A stretch of 64,000 bases of DNA from Octopus sinensis (GCF_006345805.1 NC_042999.1:15872001-15936000), one strand, 5' to 3'; positions 50,481-64,000 are shown, counted from the first letter of the stretch. Notes: a model not told the origin generated them from the sequence alone. Numbers and translations are program-made.

Positions 50481-52128
50481 AATCTCCAGATTTGTAAATT
50501 TCTAGTGATATGCTATTTCATCCTAGAATTTCAGAACTCTCAACAGCTTTTAACATGTTTGTGTTAAAGGGAAGATAGTACAGTCTGAAGCCAACTCATA
50601 TTAAAACAGTTAAAAGATTGTAGTTTCATGTATTTTGATGGCCATTTGAGGGCTACATCAAAGCATCCTGCCATCTTTCTAAAAGGTGTTCTCTACCATA
50701 TTAAAATAATATATAAAAAAAATAACCATATAAATACAAGGCAAATAGAAGCTACTACAATTAGCATTGTATCTATAAGAAAGGATTCTTCTAGAAATAA
50801 TCATACCCAATTTCAAAATAATTATAAAACAATAATATCAGCAAGAAAAAATCAAAATATTCATAAATTCAACCAAGAAAGAGATTGAGGAATTGTAAAT
50901 TTACAAGGACCTTGAAAGTTAAGAAGGATATGGACTAGCACCATATATGATAAAAAAAAAAAAAACACAAAATAAGCACTAGGTATAGACATACAGTTCA
51001 AAATGTAAATTATATTCTGTGCAAGATACATGAAATTGCACATCTCAAATATTACACTCTCCACATACAACAAATACTCAGTAGAATCACCATACATACT
51101 CTTACTTACACAACTACCATCATATAAAGCACATACCACGTAGCTTACACAATCACTGTCCAATATAAAAACACAAAACAATCACACACACACACACACA
51201 ATCTACACAAAAGACAAAACATAAAATTAATACAAGAAACTGTTAGAGTCTTATAATAAAGCAAAACAGATGTGGTATAAAAAACAATTCTACATTCTAC
51301 ATCTTCAAAAGATAATGCTGCACATATCTTTGGAACATGGGGGTGCACCTGAGGTGCCACAGAAATGCATATAAATCTGATGAAAGCATGAAGATAAGTA
51401 TTTATGATTTTTTAAATGATATTTATAACACAGATAAAAAGATTACAGAAAAATCTATATTAATATAAAATTTGATAATCATTTGAATTATTTTTCTGAA
51501 TATCAGTGGTGTGTCTCTAATGAAATAAATGTACCATGTGATGCCTGTTTTGCAACAGGCATTCTACCAACACAATTCATCTTTTTTATTTAATATCTTA
51601 GCAAGAGTCATTACCACTATGAGTCTTGGTTGTAACAAGAGCAAAATGATGTCTTAAAAAACAAAATAGCTATCTATTTTCTGTCATCTTTTAGTTTTGA
51701 TTCACAAAGGGATAGTGAGACGGGTTAGTTGCAGGCAGATGTCCATCCCTTTGCTATGCTTATGATGAATAATATCAAAGATAATTCCAAAACAGTATTT
51801 TTGATGTTGTATGAAAAGGTGTCTTTACCACTAACTGCATGGAAGTTGTTACATAGACAGTTAGTTCAGTTGTAAGATAACAGTTACTTGAATCAGAAGA
51901 TATTATGTTCACACACTTATTAGCAAACTCAAGGATAATTTATAGCAGTTGAACCAGAAAGGAAAACTAGATTGAGAGCAACAGAATTATGTGCACCAAA
52001 AACTAAAGTCATAGTGTTCATTTGATTAACATATATAAACTTTTAGGAGTCTGAATCCTGCAAAAGTGATTTAACTTTCGACTTAGCTTTTCCTTAAATT
52101 TGTGACTGTTATCCATGCCAGGAACTAC

Positions 52129-52198
52129 ACCACCACCACTACTACTACCACCATTGCTGCCACCATCACCACAGCCACCACAACCACTACCACCATCA
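52129..52198. repeat. Degenerate (CAC/CTA)n trinucleotide microsatellite
   Basis: caccaccaccactactactaccaccattgctgccaccatcacc…. Confidence 0.85.
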
Positions 52199-53260
52199 TT
52201 ATTAAATTTGACTCTTGTAGTGTGAAGGTGTTTTCATTTTCTTTTTTCTAGACAATTCTTATTCAAGCATTATTAAATGATATTTTCTGTGGAGTACTTT
52301 TAAAAAATGGACAATAATTAGCTGAGGATAGCTCTCTCTCAATACAAGTAGTTAAACAACAACGAAACAAAAAGATATATTTAGTCACACATGTTACATT
52401 TTCACTTCCAAAATCGCTACTAAACATAAATGTCACATGACTGAACATTGCAACAGCCAATGAAAATGTACAAAACCAAAACATACAATGTAAAAGCTAA
52501 AAGAGAAAGTGAACAGTTTAATGAACTACCAATAGATAAAAAAAGAAAATATTCCAAACATGGAAGTAGAGTTAGCAGTGACAACAACAGTAGTGATTCT
52601 GGTGTGGAGTCAAACAACAGTGTAATCCATTGTGACAAAGTGAACTTTACCATAACAAAAACTGAACAAACAGAATTCTTAGAGCAATCATAGCTTCAGA
52701 GTAAAATATAATATAGTTGAGTGAAGTTTGTAAAACAAACAACAATCCTTTACTACAGGAACTAATCTGAGAAAGAGCAAACAGAAAAATTATATATCAC
52801 TGCTTTTGAAAGGGTAGAACTCACGACATGAAGTAAAACAAATACTTTAGGACAACTTAGGAGAAATCCTCTCAACTGAAAAAAGGCAAAAATTATGTCA
52901 TTATCTGATGTACTTTCAAACTAAAGGCTCAGCTATAACACAAGCTGCATTGTTAGACATACCTTCCATTATATATTTGTGCAGCAGCACATGCATCAAA
53001 GAAATAAAAGGGTGACAATAACAAACATTAGAAACACTGTAGATCCATTACTAACCATTTCTTTTGTTTAATACTATTGGTGAATAGCTAAAGCAAGGCT
53101 GACAAAAGGTGATATGTGGTTAGGGGGAAACAAAATAAAATCTATACCTCTGAATGATGTTACTGAATGAACACTTTATACGGGAATATTTTATTTCTAA
53201 AAAAGCATACATTTTCATCAACTATTAATTATACTTAGCAGAAATATTTTATTGTGATGA

Positions 53261-53557
53261 TCATCATCATCATCGTTTACTGTCTGTTTTCCATGCTAGC
53301 ATGGGTTGGACAGTTTGACTGGTGGACTGGCAAGCCAGTAGGCTGTGCCAGGCTCCAATCTGATCTGGCAAGGTTTCTACAGCTAGATGCTGCCCTTCCT
53401 AATGCCAACCACTCCGAGAGTGTAGTAGGTGCTTTTTACATGCCACCTGTACAGGAGCCAGTCAGGTGGCACTGGCATCGACCACATTCAGATGGTGATT
53501 CTTATGTACCACCGGCACGGGGAGTCAGTCAGGCAGCACTGGCATCGACCGATGCTT
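53261..53557 (-). mobile_element. Truncated RTE LINE 3' UTR copy
   Basis: (CAT)n head on the + strand and the same motifs in reverse. Confidence 0.88.
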
Positions 53558-53579
53558 GAATGCATATAGTAATAATAAT

Positions 53580-53616
<37 letters not shown>

Positions 53617-54653
53617 GTAATTTTTCTAAATGGTATAATTTAATTTTTCATAATTGAATTGATAAAAGGTGGGGTTTTTCTAATATATATATATATATAT
53701 CATATCTATCAAAAATGAAAGCACATAACTGATAGGTAATCTTCCAATCAGCAAACGTCTCTACAAGCATTAGCCAAATATTATCATTTCTACCACAAAT
53801 AAAATGGTTTCTGCTAATTCTAATTCACATTCTAAACAAAACTTATTGTATCTATATTTCTTGCTTCCTTCATACAAACCATATCCTTACTTTTCTCAGT
53901 AATGTTCTTTCTAAGTAAAATTATCCGTAGCTTCTGTCCAAATTATAATTTTCTTACAAACACCAGTCAGCAATAATGCTGGTTGATATCAACCACAAAA
54001 GCCTAAGTTAGCTTTATACCCATCAAATTAATAAATAATAATACATACAATTATAAACTTTTCTTGTAATTTCAATGCCTTTAACATTCAACTATTTATT
54101 ATTTTATTCTTTACAGAATATATGGAGCAGGTTTAAATATCTATTTTGTTTATTGAAAAACATTTGGTAAAATATGAAGCAATATTTATTCATTTTGAAG
54201 ATGTTCTGATGCTTTATATTATTTCATGATTCTGATTTAATAAACATTGAATGCATACATCTGTTTTATAAATGATAACAACTAGTATTTGTATAGGTTG
54301 AAGTTGAAGACTGGTGGAAAGGCAGCCTTATGATTTTCAAGCTTAGACTACCTGGTAAGTCTGAGCTTCCCAGCAATGGAGTTTTGTTTTATAGTTTGTT
54401 TTTTTTTTGTTTTCTTTTCCAGGTTATTTCACATGCTTTCAACGAATGTGACATCGAAGCCATGCACAAACAGCTCCTTTCCCCAGAAAAGGAAATATTT
54501 GGCTGCTATTTCTAGCACGCCCTGCTACCACGTGACAGGTATTTCGGGTTCTTTATCGCAAATGTGGTATCCTTTATGTGGTAGCAGCCAAATCTTTGGA
54601 GCTGAGATACTTTGAATGCACTTGAAAAACTTTTTGCAATGTTATTCCCTTGG

Positions 54654-55169
54654 GGCAATCTTTTGCTTTGACCCTCAGAACTGGTGCTTTGACTCTCAGA
54701 ACTATCATCTGGATCAGCTGGCTTTGTTCGTTAATTTCCTTAAAAGTGAAATATGTATGAATGTCTATATGAAATGAAAGATGTATGAACTTCTATATGA
54801 AATGGACGTGTATATGTGTGTGAGTGAGTGAGTGAGAGAGAGAGAAAGAGAGCCACTTACACCTACATGAGAACACACACGCTCGCTCACTCACTCACTC
54901 ATTCTCTTTCCCTCTCTCTCTCACACATACACACACACATACATACAAAAAAGATGTATGCATATGTATTGATGTATGTACATATACAGGACAACACACC
55001 TCTTCACTCACTCACTCTCTCTTCCTCTCTCTCTTTCACACGCAAATCCATTTCATATACACATACATACATCTTTCACTTTCTCCTCTCTCACTTTAAA
55101 ACAAAAGTAAGTAAATAAAAAAAATTTTACGGAAATTAACGAACTCCGGATGAAAAGCAAAAGATTGCC
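54654..55169. repeat. ~516-bp imperfect fold-back (inverted repeat) enclosing microsatellites
   Basis: Five colinear inverted blocks: 16/16, 8/9, 19/20, 13/13 and 13/13 bp. Confidence 0.8.
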
Positions 55170-57703
55170 ATTGACTTGGAAATAGTTAAAAAAATCATTA
55201 AAATATTGTTTGTTTAGGAAGCTAAAATATAAAAACTTACTATACAAACAACTTACATTTTTGAAATCACATTCAGTTAAGAATATTTCTAAATGATTAA
55301 AATATTGTGTATATCAAAAAGTCAACTTTTTTTTCTTAGGGAGTGCAAAGACTATGTATGTGTATATGTCACAGATAGTGGATGTGTGTTTGTGTTGATT
55401 GACACACCATGACATTCATTATATGTGTGTATGTGTGTTGATATCACAGAAGCGATGTTTTTTTATCAATAAAAGAAATAACAAACAAAAACTGTGTTTA
55501 ATCGTTTTCCTTAATAAAAAGAGTCCCAAATATCACAAAAATTTGCACTTCACTGCCAAAGTAAGTATAAAAATAAATATGCAAAAAAAATTAAGATAAA
55601 ATATACTATTTCTGAGATATTTCAGGTACACACAAACATCTCCAGAGTTTTAGTTCTCTCAAGATTTAGCATGATAATCTATCAATATTTTCTCTGTGAC
55701 CTCTCTATCCCCTTTCTCATCTCTTGGATTAGCAGCTCTCAATCAGTTTACACAGTAGTGGAATGTGTTGATGGAGCTCTTTCTATTCTTCATTCTATCT
55801 AATTTGTTTTGTTTCTTTTTCCCATCTGTTCTTCAAAAAGCATCAATGCCCTATTTAACTTCACTGTCAACAATATCCACTCTTACACAAATGATACTAC
55901 TCTTCAGTTTTCACTAACTTTCCTCAACCATGCATCATCCACTTACCTAAACAGATATGCCAAACCTGTATCAATTTTATGATTAGAGACCCGAAAAGCA
56001 TTCTCCAATGGTGAAATGCCAATCCTATCTCTTTCAATAACAAAAAAACACAAATACTACTCATATCAAGGAAACATCATTGCACCCCACTCATTAAATA
56101 TAAGCAGCATGCAACTAAAGCATCCCATGATCATTCCAAATGTTGAGCCTCAATTTCACCGAGGATCACTTCTAATGTTAGTGAGGCACAGCTGGAGAAA
56201 GCACATCCTAATGTGCTATGTTACATAGTTATGACTGCATCCTTTATCTTCAAGGCCAGAGATATTTTAGTTCCCTCCACACAACAATTGTAAACACTCT
56301 ACAAAGCTCCCAGTTTACTTTCTTCACTAATACACTTAAGACATAAGGTACGTAATGGTATACTGCTTCCACAGCTGAAAATGGTATGACTGCTGCTCAC
56401 ACAGATATCCAAGACTTCATCTAAGAGAAGGCCACTTTACTGATTAACATATAGTCACTTGTAGACATGTTTCAACCTCAGGCCCATAAATGTGCTGTCT
56501 CTTCTCTCTGCTTCTCTCTCCAAACTGGCTGAGCTTGTATTACCTCTACTCAGGTGACCCTCACAGCTCTCCTCCTTTTCTCATCCTTGTTGCTTTCAAC
56601 CTCCAAAACCCTATACTATGTCACATCTATTCTTCTCTTTTGAAACTTATCTTTCCCATAGGTGTTAACTTCCAGTGATTTGAGAGAAATGTTAACAGCC
56701 CCTATCTCACTGGATCTAGAAGGCCTGCAAAGGTAATTGGCACTGTCCCTCCCACCAGATCATCATCATCATCATCATCATCATCGTTTAGCGTCCGTTT
56801 TCCATGCTAGCATGGGTTCAAAAGGTAAATAAAGAAAATTAAGATATCTAACATATTATAAAGTAGATGATTAGTACTTCATTTTATTAACCTTGGAAAG
56901 ATGAAAGACAAAGCTGACTTCACAAGATTTGAACCTAAAATGCAAAGAACAAGAATAAATGCTGCAAGAAATTTTTGTCTGCTGCTCTAATGATTCTATT
57001 GAGACTAAATCTGATACGAATTAAGATGTTGTATGTAATTCCAGCTGCACTTCTTCACATAGATTACAGCAATGTTTTCTCAGTACAACACATAAAGTGG
57101 GATTGGAGTTACTTCAAAGAGAAAATTAGAGAGTAAAAAAAAGACATTCTAATTGAAAATTATTTCAGAATAAAAGCAAATACAACTTCAGACTTATTGA
57201 TTACAGTAGTTATAGTGGTCAGAGAATATATTGATTGCTGTTCAGTGGAGTCAATATTTTTTACCATCAATTCGTTACCAAAAATATGTTTAGCAGACGA
57301 CTTTGGTATTACATTATTGAATACTATTTTTCTTATAAGATTTGAAACGATTTATAAGACTAAGCTTAACAAGGTTTATATTTACCTCACTTGTTTGTAC
57401 TTCTTATTTGAAGTTTTTTTCTTATTAATTATAGATGTTTATACATAAACAAAAACAGTTTTATGCTCAAAATTCCCAAAGGTGAGAAATATGGATCTAA
57501 TATCCTTAGAGAAGAGTTTGCTTATGTGAATGCATGCACATGTGTACACACAGGAGTGCCATAAAAATAACTTTCTTAAAGCTAACACTGATTTCATATA
57601 TTGTTTAACAATAAGTTTAATGAAAGATATAAGTTATTTGGAAAATAGAACATCAACCCAATAATATTAAGATTGTCTGAAGAGTTCTAAGTGGATTAAA
57701 GAA

Positions 57704-58077
57704 TCATCATCATCATCATTTACCGTCCGTTCTCCATACTGGCATGGGTTGGACGGTTCAACTGGGGTCTGTGAAGCTGGAAGGCTTCATCAGGCCCAGT
57801 CAGATCTGGCAGTGTTTTTATGGCTGGATGCCCTTCCTAACGCCAACCACTCCGTGAGTGTAGTGGGTGCTTTTTACGTGCCACCTGCACAGGTGCCAGA
57901 CAGAGCTGGCAAACGGCCATGAACGGATGGTGCTTTTACGTGTCACCGGCACGGGGCCAGGCGAGGCTGGCACGGACACGAACGGATGGTGCTTTTACGT
58001 GCTACCAACACGGGGGCCAGACAGAGCTGGCAAACGGCCACGAAACGGATGGTACTTTTACATGTCACTGGCACGTT
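57704..58077 (-). mobile_element. Truncated RTE LINE 3' UTR copy (variant subrepeat GGATGGTGCTTTTACGTG)
   Basis: (CAT)n head on the + strand and the same motifs in reverse. Confidence 0.88.
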
Positions 58078-58844
58078 GATAAATATAACTGTGCATAAGA
58101 TTTTTGTAATAAAATTGTATTAGAACACAAAGAGTTTCTCTAGACAACCCTCCCATTAATACAGTAGTTTACAATTCCAGGGTCAAAGAAGTGACCTTAG
58201 GGTGAAGTTAATTTTGAAAGGGTGATGTGAAGTTTGAAATTTACCTTTGTGAGAATAAATTTTGACTTGATACTATGAAATGTTTACATGGACAAAGAAA
58301 GACAGAAAACCTAGTGCAAAGTTATTAGGGTACAAGAGAAGCTTTACTGAACCATGTGGAAAGTTAGAGGCAGAATAGTAAAGTAAAGTGGATAATAAGA
58401 AATGAGCCTTATTCATGGTAGTGTGTAGCAAGAATAATTCTTGATAGAAAAGTAGAAAGCTTTGTATCACCATAACCTAGGTTGAATATAATCTATCAAT
58501 AAGTTTAATAATACTCTTATGGCAATAAAAAAGCTAGGAACTTTAAAGAATTGTAAGATTATGTGTTAGGATAAAGCAAGATACAGATACAGCTGAGAAG
58601 AAGTGTGTCTTCAAATGAATGGTTGTATTTGCCCTCAACAAAAATGGAAATAGATCAAAAGAATCATTAGAGAAGATGGCTTATTAAAGAACACAAAATA
58701 TATGGTTAAAAAAAATTAAGATACAATTAGGAATAAAGACTAAAAAATTAAGCAAGTTTAGTGACAGATGTGGAAATACTGAAGTCATTAAAATAAATTG
58801 GTGCCATCCAAGCCAAGTAGTTCTGGAGATGTTAACCCTGATAA

Positions 58845-59010
58845 GTCACAGGTTCGGCTGTGAAGTAAGAAGCTTGTTTCCCAACCACATGGTTCTGGGT
58901 TCAGTCCCACTGCATAGCACCTTCTACTATAGCCTTGGGCTGGCCAAACCCTTGGTAGTGGATTTGGTAGACAGAACCTGAAAGACGCCTGCCGTGTGTG
59001 TGTGTGTGCA
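58845..59010 (+). mobile_element. tRNA-SINE family-1 5' fragment
   Basis: GTAAGAAGCTTGTTTCCCAACCACATGGTTCTGGGTTCAGTCCCACTGC…GGATTTGGTAGACAG. Confidence 0.8.
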
Positions 59011-60245
59011 CATGCATGTATGTGTGTATAGTGTTTATAACTCAAGAGAGGTATAACTAGAAGATAGCAACAGTACAATGGTTGGAGTTCATAAGCAATA
59101 TTATTTCTAATGATAAAGAGATGGTTTTTTTTTCCATGCCAAAGTCGTATTTTATTATGAATATTCATTATGGACCCTGATTTTACTATACATCATCATG
59201 AATAGATTTTGTACTGAAATTCTGATGAAGGATTTTAAGGATAGGTAGCAACTGGAGGGGAAAATTAGGAGTACAATTCAGTTGAATATTGAACAGGATG
59301 TGACAAAATAAATTATATATGTTATAGCTTAAACGCTGTCTTCTGAGGCAACTGATGTGTGTGTGTGTGTGTGTGTGTGTGGTTTCCTTACAAATTAATC
59401 TTTAACACATATTAAATTTTTAGGCATTTACGTATTTATCAATCTCAGACACAAAATTAATTAAAGAAATGCACACAACCACAACTATTCACATACACAT
59501 ATACACATACAAAAACACATATATGTATTAAAAAAATATACACATATTCATTGGGTTCTATATTTGGATCACGTGTTTTTCATTTATGTAATGCCTGCAT
59601 ACTACTACAAGATAAGATAGATCCTTTATATTAATTAATTACTGTATCTCAATAGCAGTGTGATTAAAATTTTAATACAATATAAAAAAGGGAATTTTAA
59701 ACATGGCTTAATCAAGAAATCAAATTGGTTTCATTTTAGTAAATATACCCTAAACTGTATAAAACACAAAATCCTAATTTAAAAAAAATCAGTATTTTGA
59801 ATAAAAGTTATCTGAAACATCTCGATATTATTTATTGCTTCATAAGTCCTTCGACAGAATCTTTACTAAAACTTGATTAATCCATTGCAGGTTGTCCAAT
59901 AAACAAATAAAACAAAAATAAAATGATTCATATATCTACTTTACAAATGTAGGATGAGTTAGACACAAGGTGCCAAAAGAATCATAAAACATTAAAAAAT
60001 TAACAGTAAAATGACTCATAAAAGTTGTTATGTGTTATAACTGATGTAAGGATGGTGAAAATAATAGGCACACTGCTGCTGTAAATAAGAACTATACTTC
60101 AATTCTAAGATAAAAGGTGCAAGATTTTCTGTAAAACAGCTAAGGCTAGGAATAATTTCTCTTGATTTGCTAATTTCAAATATTACAGTTTGAAAGCAAG
60201 TGTTTATCCACCTCAAGATTTTTTGTTGAACCTCAGTAAATTATA

Positions 60246-60635
60246 GGTGCAGGAGTGGTTGTGTAGTAAGTAGCTTGCTTACCAGCCACATGGTTCCAGG
60301 TTCAATCGCACTGTGTGGCACCTTGGGAAAGTGTATTCTACTATAGCCTCAGGCCAATCAAAGCCTTGTGAGTGGATTTGGTAGGTGGAAACTGGAAGAA
60401 GCAGGTTGTATATATGTATATATGTATGTGTGTCTATGTCTGTCCCCCCAACATCGCTTGACAACTGATGCTGGTTTGCTAACGTTCCCGTAACTTAGCA
60501 GTTCGGCATAAGAAACCGGTAGAATAAGTACTAGGTTTATAAAGAATAAGTCCTGGGGTCGATTTGCTCGACTAAAGGCAGTGCTAAAGTATGGATGCAG
60601 TCAAATGACTGAGACAAGTAAAAGAATAAAAGAAT
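60246..60635 (+). mobile_element. Full-length tRNA-derived SINE family 1
   Basis: tRNA-like head with A/B boxes (GTGTAGTAAG…GGTTCAATCGC), GGCACCTTGGGAAAGTG core, central TA/TG microsatellite and (AAAGAAT)n-like tail. Confidence 0.85.
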
Positions 60636-60660
60636 ATGTACAATATTCAAATATATGAAA

Positions 60661-61059
60661 CTAGCAGTATCGCCCGGCGTTGCTCGGGTTTGTAAGGGAA
60701 ATAACTATATAAGCATTTTTAGAGAGTTATAGCCAAAAATTAGCAAAAAGAATGCATTAAAAAGGGAAAAAAAATTATGGTAAATTTTTTTTTAAATCGT
60801 TGACTCATCGTACACATTTTTAGAGAGTTACTTCCCTTATATAATAGCGAAAAAAATGCATTAAAATGGAAAAAAATGATGGTAAATTATTTTAAAATCG
60901 TAGACTCATTGTAGATGTGCGCTAATACCCAGAAGGGCTCAATATGAATCCCGACTATAAGATACCCGCTTTTGGTTACACTGCACCACAAAATGTGGGA
61001 GTAGTTAGGAATCTAAATCGTAGGAGACAGACACACAACTTGACTTTTATATATAAAGA
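60661..61059 (-). mobile_element. Non-autonomous Helitron, copy 1
   Basis: Minus strand A|TCTTTATATATAAAAG ... CCCGAGCAACGCCGGG (hairpin) CGATACTGCTAG|T: 5' TC, 3' CTAG, subterminal GC hairpin, A/T insertion site and no TSD. It has an internal ~105-bp tandem duplication. Confidence 0.85.
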
Positions 61060-62349
61060 TTTGCATTGAGAATTGATTGCTTTCAAGAATAACATTGCAA
61101 CAATAGACAATTGGAAAAGAAATAAAATACCTATCAATCTACCTAACCATACTTTCAGATTTTAAAACCACAGGCATTATCACGAAATATATTTCTGTTC
61201 TAACAGCCAAATTATGTGGTAATAAATAGATAAACTTATATTTTGCACTGTTCCTACAGAGATGAAGGGAAAAGTTTATTTGCATATACTGAAATTGGAA
61301 CCAATAGCAACAATGAAAAATACCTTGTTTAGTACTCTGTTGCCTTGCATATTTATATTCTTCATATGGAAATGAGTATTAAATGATAGATTTATATGAG
61401 CAAAAATGATTCCAAAGAAATAATGCAATAGCCCATGGCTGGAATGGAGCCAAACATCTACAAAGCATTGAACTACAGGAAAATTGTTACTTTTATATCC
61501 GAATTAAGCATAGATATGTTTAAATTCTTACTGTCAAGCAGCTATGAATTTTTGTAGATGTACCCAGATTTGCCTTAACTAAAGCCTTTTACAAAGTTTC
61601 CATACACATATTTGTAGATTACAAACCAGCAGAAATCATCAATTAGATACAAATGATTGCCAGAGTAGTAGTACCATGAAGAAGCAATAAGTTACAACCT
61701 TGTTTTAATTACAGAATTCAGTCATTCTAATTAATTTCTTGTGCTAATTCAGGGAAATATTTTATTAAAAGTTCCATTAGCTATATTATTAGCTATTGAT
61801 AGTTTGTAATTTATTTACATCAAATGCTATATGAAGTTTTTATGTGTATAATCCTCCCTTGCAGACACTACATATTGCTCTTTTGAGAAAGTGAATTAAT
61901 ACTTGAGAAACACATTCCTTTGTTAAGTATTAATAAATTCTAATAAAAAATTTCAGTTGGATAATTGGTATTGTACGAATACAATAGACTGAAAGCTATC
62001 CAATTATCAACTGGTGAAACCAATGAACTGCAATGACAAATGAAATGAAGTGAAAATAGTTAAATTGCAAATATTAAACTAAATCACCAACACCAATATC
62101 TTATTTCCATACAATATAGATATTGCAAATTTCTGAATGATATGCACATAATATATTTCTCCAAATACCTAGCTAATTGGCATTTTGCTATCTTTCCCAA
62201 AATAGACTCTTTAATTATTTAGTATATATATATTGTACTACAGCAGTGGCTTTTATTTCTCATTTGCTGTTGATAATGAGAACACCAAGTTCTGAATTGA
62301 AAATCTTGAGATCATGAAATCCCAGGTCAGATTTAGTAACAGAGTAATA

Positions 62350-62748
62350 TCTTTATATATAAAAGTGAAGTTGTGTGTCTGTCTCCTACGATTTAGATTC
62401 TTAACTACTCCCACATTTTGTGGTGCAGTTTAACCAAAACCGGGTATCTTATAGTCGTGATTCATATCGAGCCCTTCTGGGTATTAGCACACGTCAACGA
62501 TGAGTCTACGATTTTAAAAATAATTTACCATCATTTTTTCCATTTTAATGCATTTTTTTCGCTATTATATAAGGGAAGTAACTCTCTAAACATGTCTTCG
62601 ATGAGTCAACGATTTAAAAAAAAATTTACCATAATTTTTTTTCCATTTTTAATGCATTTTTTTGCTATTTTTTTGGCTATAACTTTCTAAAAATGCTTAT
62701 ATAGTTATTTCCCTTACAAACCCGAGCAACGCCGGGCGATACTGCTTG
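62350..62748 (+). mobile_element. Non-autonomous Helitron, copy 2 (inverted relative to copy 1)
   Basis: A|TCTTTATATATAAAAG ... CCCGAGCAACGCCGGGCGATACTGCTTG|T. Same length (399 bp) as copy 1, with only scattered substitutions. Confidence 0.85.
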
Positions 62749-63580
62749 TATAAAATATAAAGAAAATTTAAATACATATATTTTATTATTGTCAGAGCAA
62801 TCTTTACAAACTTGGTATCAGCTAGAATATTTGAGGGCATATCTGAGGGAATATAAATGAAATTAGTTAAAATTTACAAAGAAAATGAGTAATGAACATA
62901 ATCCAAACTAACAGAATTTCTCTTTTTTTTCTTTTTTACAAGGAGAGTAGTAAATCTATAAAGTAAATCAAATATTGATGTAACCGAACAACACATCAAC
63001 AGTCACTATGATATTGGTAATAAAGTATCTAATGAACTAAGTCTGTGACCCAAATTCAATCTCAAGCCATAAGCATTTCCCTATTTTCTGTCTTTACTAA
63101 CACACTTAAGACATGCCTGAATACAACAGCATTAATTCCCCAACTCCTCAAAGCAATAAAGTTGATCTACTGATATTTAAAACTAATTAACAGATGTCAC
63201 TTATTGAAAAATTATATAAGGGAAATAAATATTTATCTCTATCAGTAAAATAACTGCGACTTGTATTACAACACATTTTAATATAAGCTCAATATTTGCA
63301 ATTATTGAATATATTTTCTAAAATTATTCAAATTCATGTAAAAATCCTGACAAAAGCTAGCCACTCAATATTTTGCTTGCCTAAAGGGAAAAGTGAAACT
63401 AAAAGTAACATTCTTATATCTAGTTGTTTAATAATTTAGTCTCTAAGAAATGTATTAAGAAATGAACAATACAATAATTGAGAAAATAAATTATGATATA
63501 TAGATCATTTTTAAGATATAATGAGCAAATAACCCCATGAACTAAAAATATATTCCTGAGTATAATTTTAGTTTTTAAAT

Positions 63581-63792
63581 AATCCTTCTTGTAATAGGCA
63601 CAAGGCCTGGAATTTTGGGGCAATGGGATAATGAATTACATGAATCCCAGTGCTCAACTGGTGTCTATTTTATTGACCTCAAAAGGATGAAAGCAAAGTG
63701 AACATCAGCAGTATTTGAATTCAGAGCATAAAGACAGATGAAATGCCACCAAGTATTTTGCTGACATGTTAATTCTGTCACTTCACCACCTT
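63581..63792 (-). mobile_element. SINE family-2 copy, decayed
   Basis: Core TTATTGACCTCAAAAGGATGAAAGCAAAG…ACAGATGAAATGCC. Confidence 0.7.
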
Positions 63793-64000
63793 ATTTTAGT
63801 ATATATGCAATAATAGCAAGAATGAAATGAGAAAAAAAAGAATTCAAAAACAGATAATTTATTGACATTTGAAATTAATTATTCAGCAAAATTCATTTGT
63901 AAAAGATAGAAAAATAAATTGTTTAGCAAAATCACTTCTTTTTTTTAAAGTGTGGGGTGTCATATGAAGATTAGAAAGTATCAATATTTTATGTAATTGT

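Noticed and set aside
52448-52693. 81-aa Ser/Lys-rich ORF with a KKRK motif
   Set aside because: There is an in-frame stop just upstream, the nearest strong acceptor (52251) leads to stops in all three frames, and no motif is recognised. Insufficient for a CDS call.
60246-60320. tRNA gene
   Set aside because: The A/B-box region is a SINE head that continues into SINE body and lacks a complete cloverleaf.
456-63792. Strand bias of SINE family 2 (7 of 8 noticed copies on the minus strand)
   Set aside because: The sample is too small and was ascertained by eye, and other families show no consistent bias.

Overview
AT-rich, repeat-dense animal DNA, most likely intronic or intergenic. The SINE, LINE and microsatellite content resembles octopus/coleoid cephalopod genomes (inference from recalled repeat sequences, no search run). 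No intact protein-coding gene can be identified. The longer ORFs are LINE or transposase remnants, or readings of repeats and microsatellites; a few short minus-strand segments with good splice signals may be exons of an unidentified host gene. Well-supported content: (1) an RTE/RTEX-type LINE (37642-39127) nested in a piggyBac-like MITE, plus about 10 truncated copies of its 3' UTR; (2) a second RTE fragment nested in a SINE; (3) decayed RTE, BovB-like and R4/Dong-like RT remnants; (4) a full-length dead mariner, a Tc1 end and a pogo-like MITE; (5) two ~399-bp non-autonomous Helitrons in inverted orientation; (6) two tRNA-derived SINE lineages with interchangeable 3' tails; (7) a 4x157-bp tandem array. 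The most notable observations are a full-length U6 snRNA retrocopy fused to a SINE 3' tail (29480-29645), a perfect spacer-less 100-bp palindrome at the 5' end of a LINE copy (36555-36654), two tandem ~200-bp elements with decayed hammerhead-ribozyme-like cores (40496-40898), an exact 39-bp segment apparently copied into a SINE from 13.4 kb away, and several fold-back structures. All coordinates were read by eye and may be off by a few bases at decayed ends.
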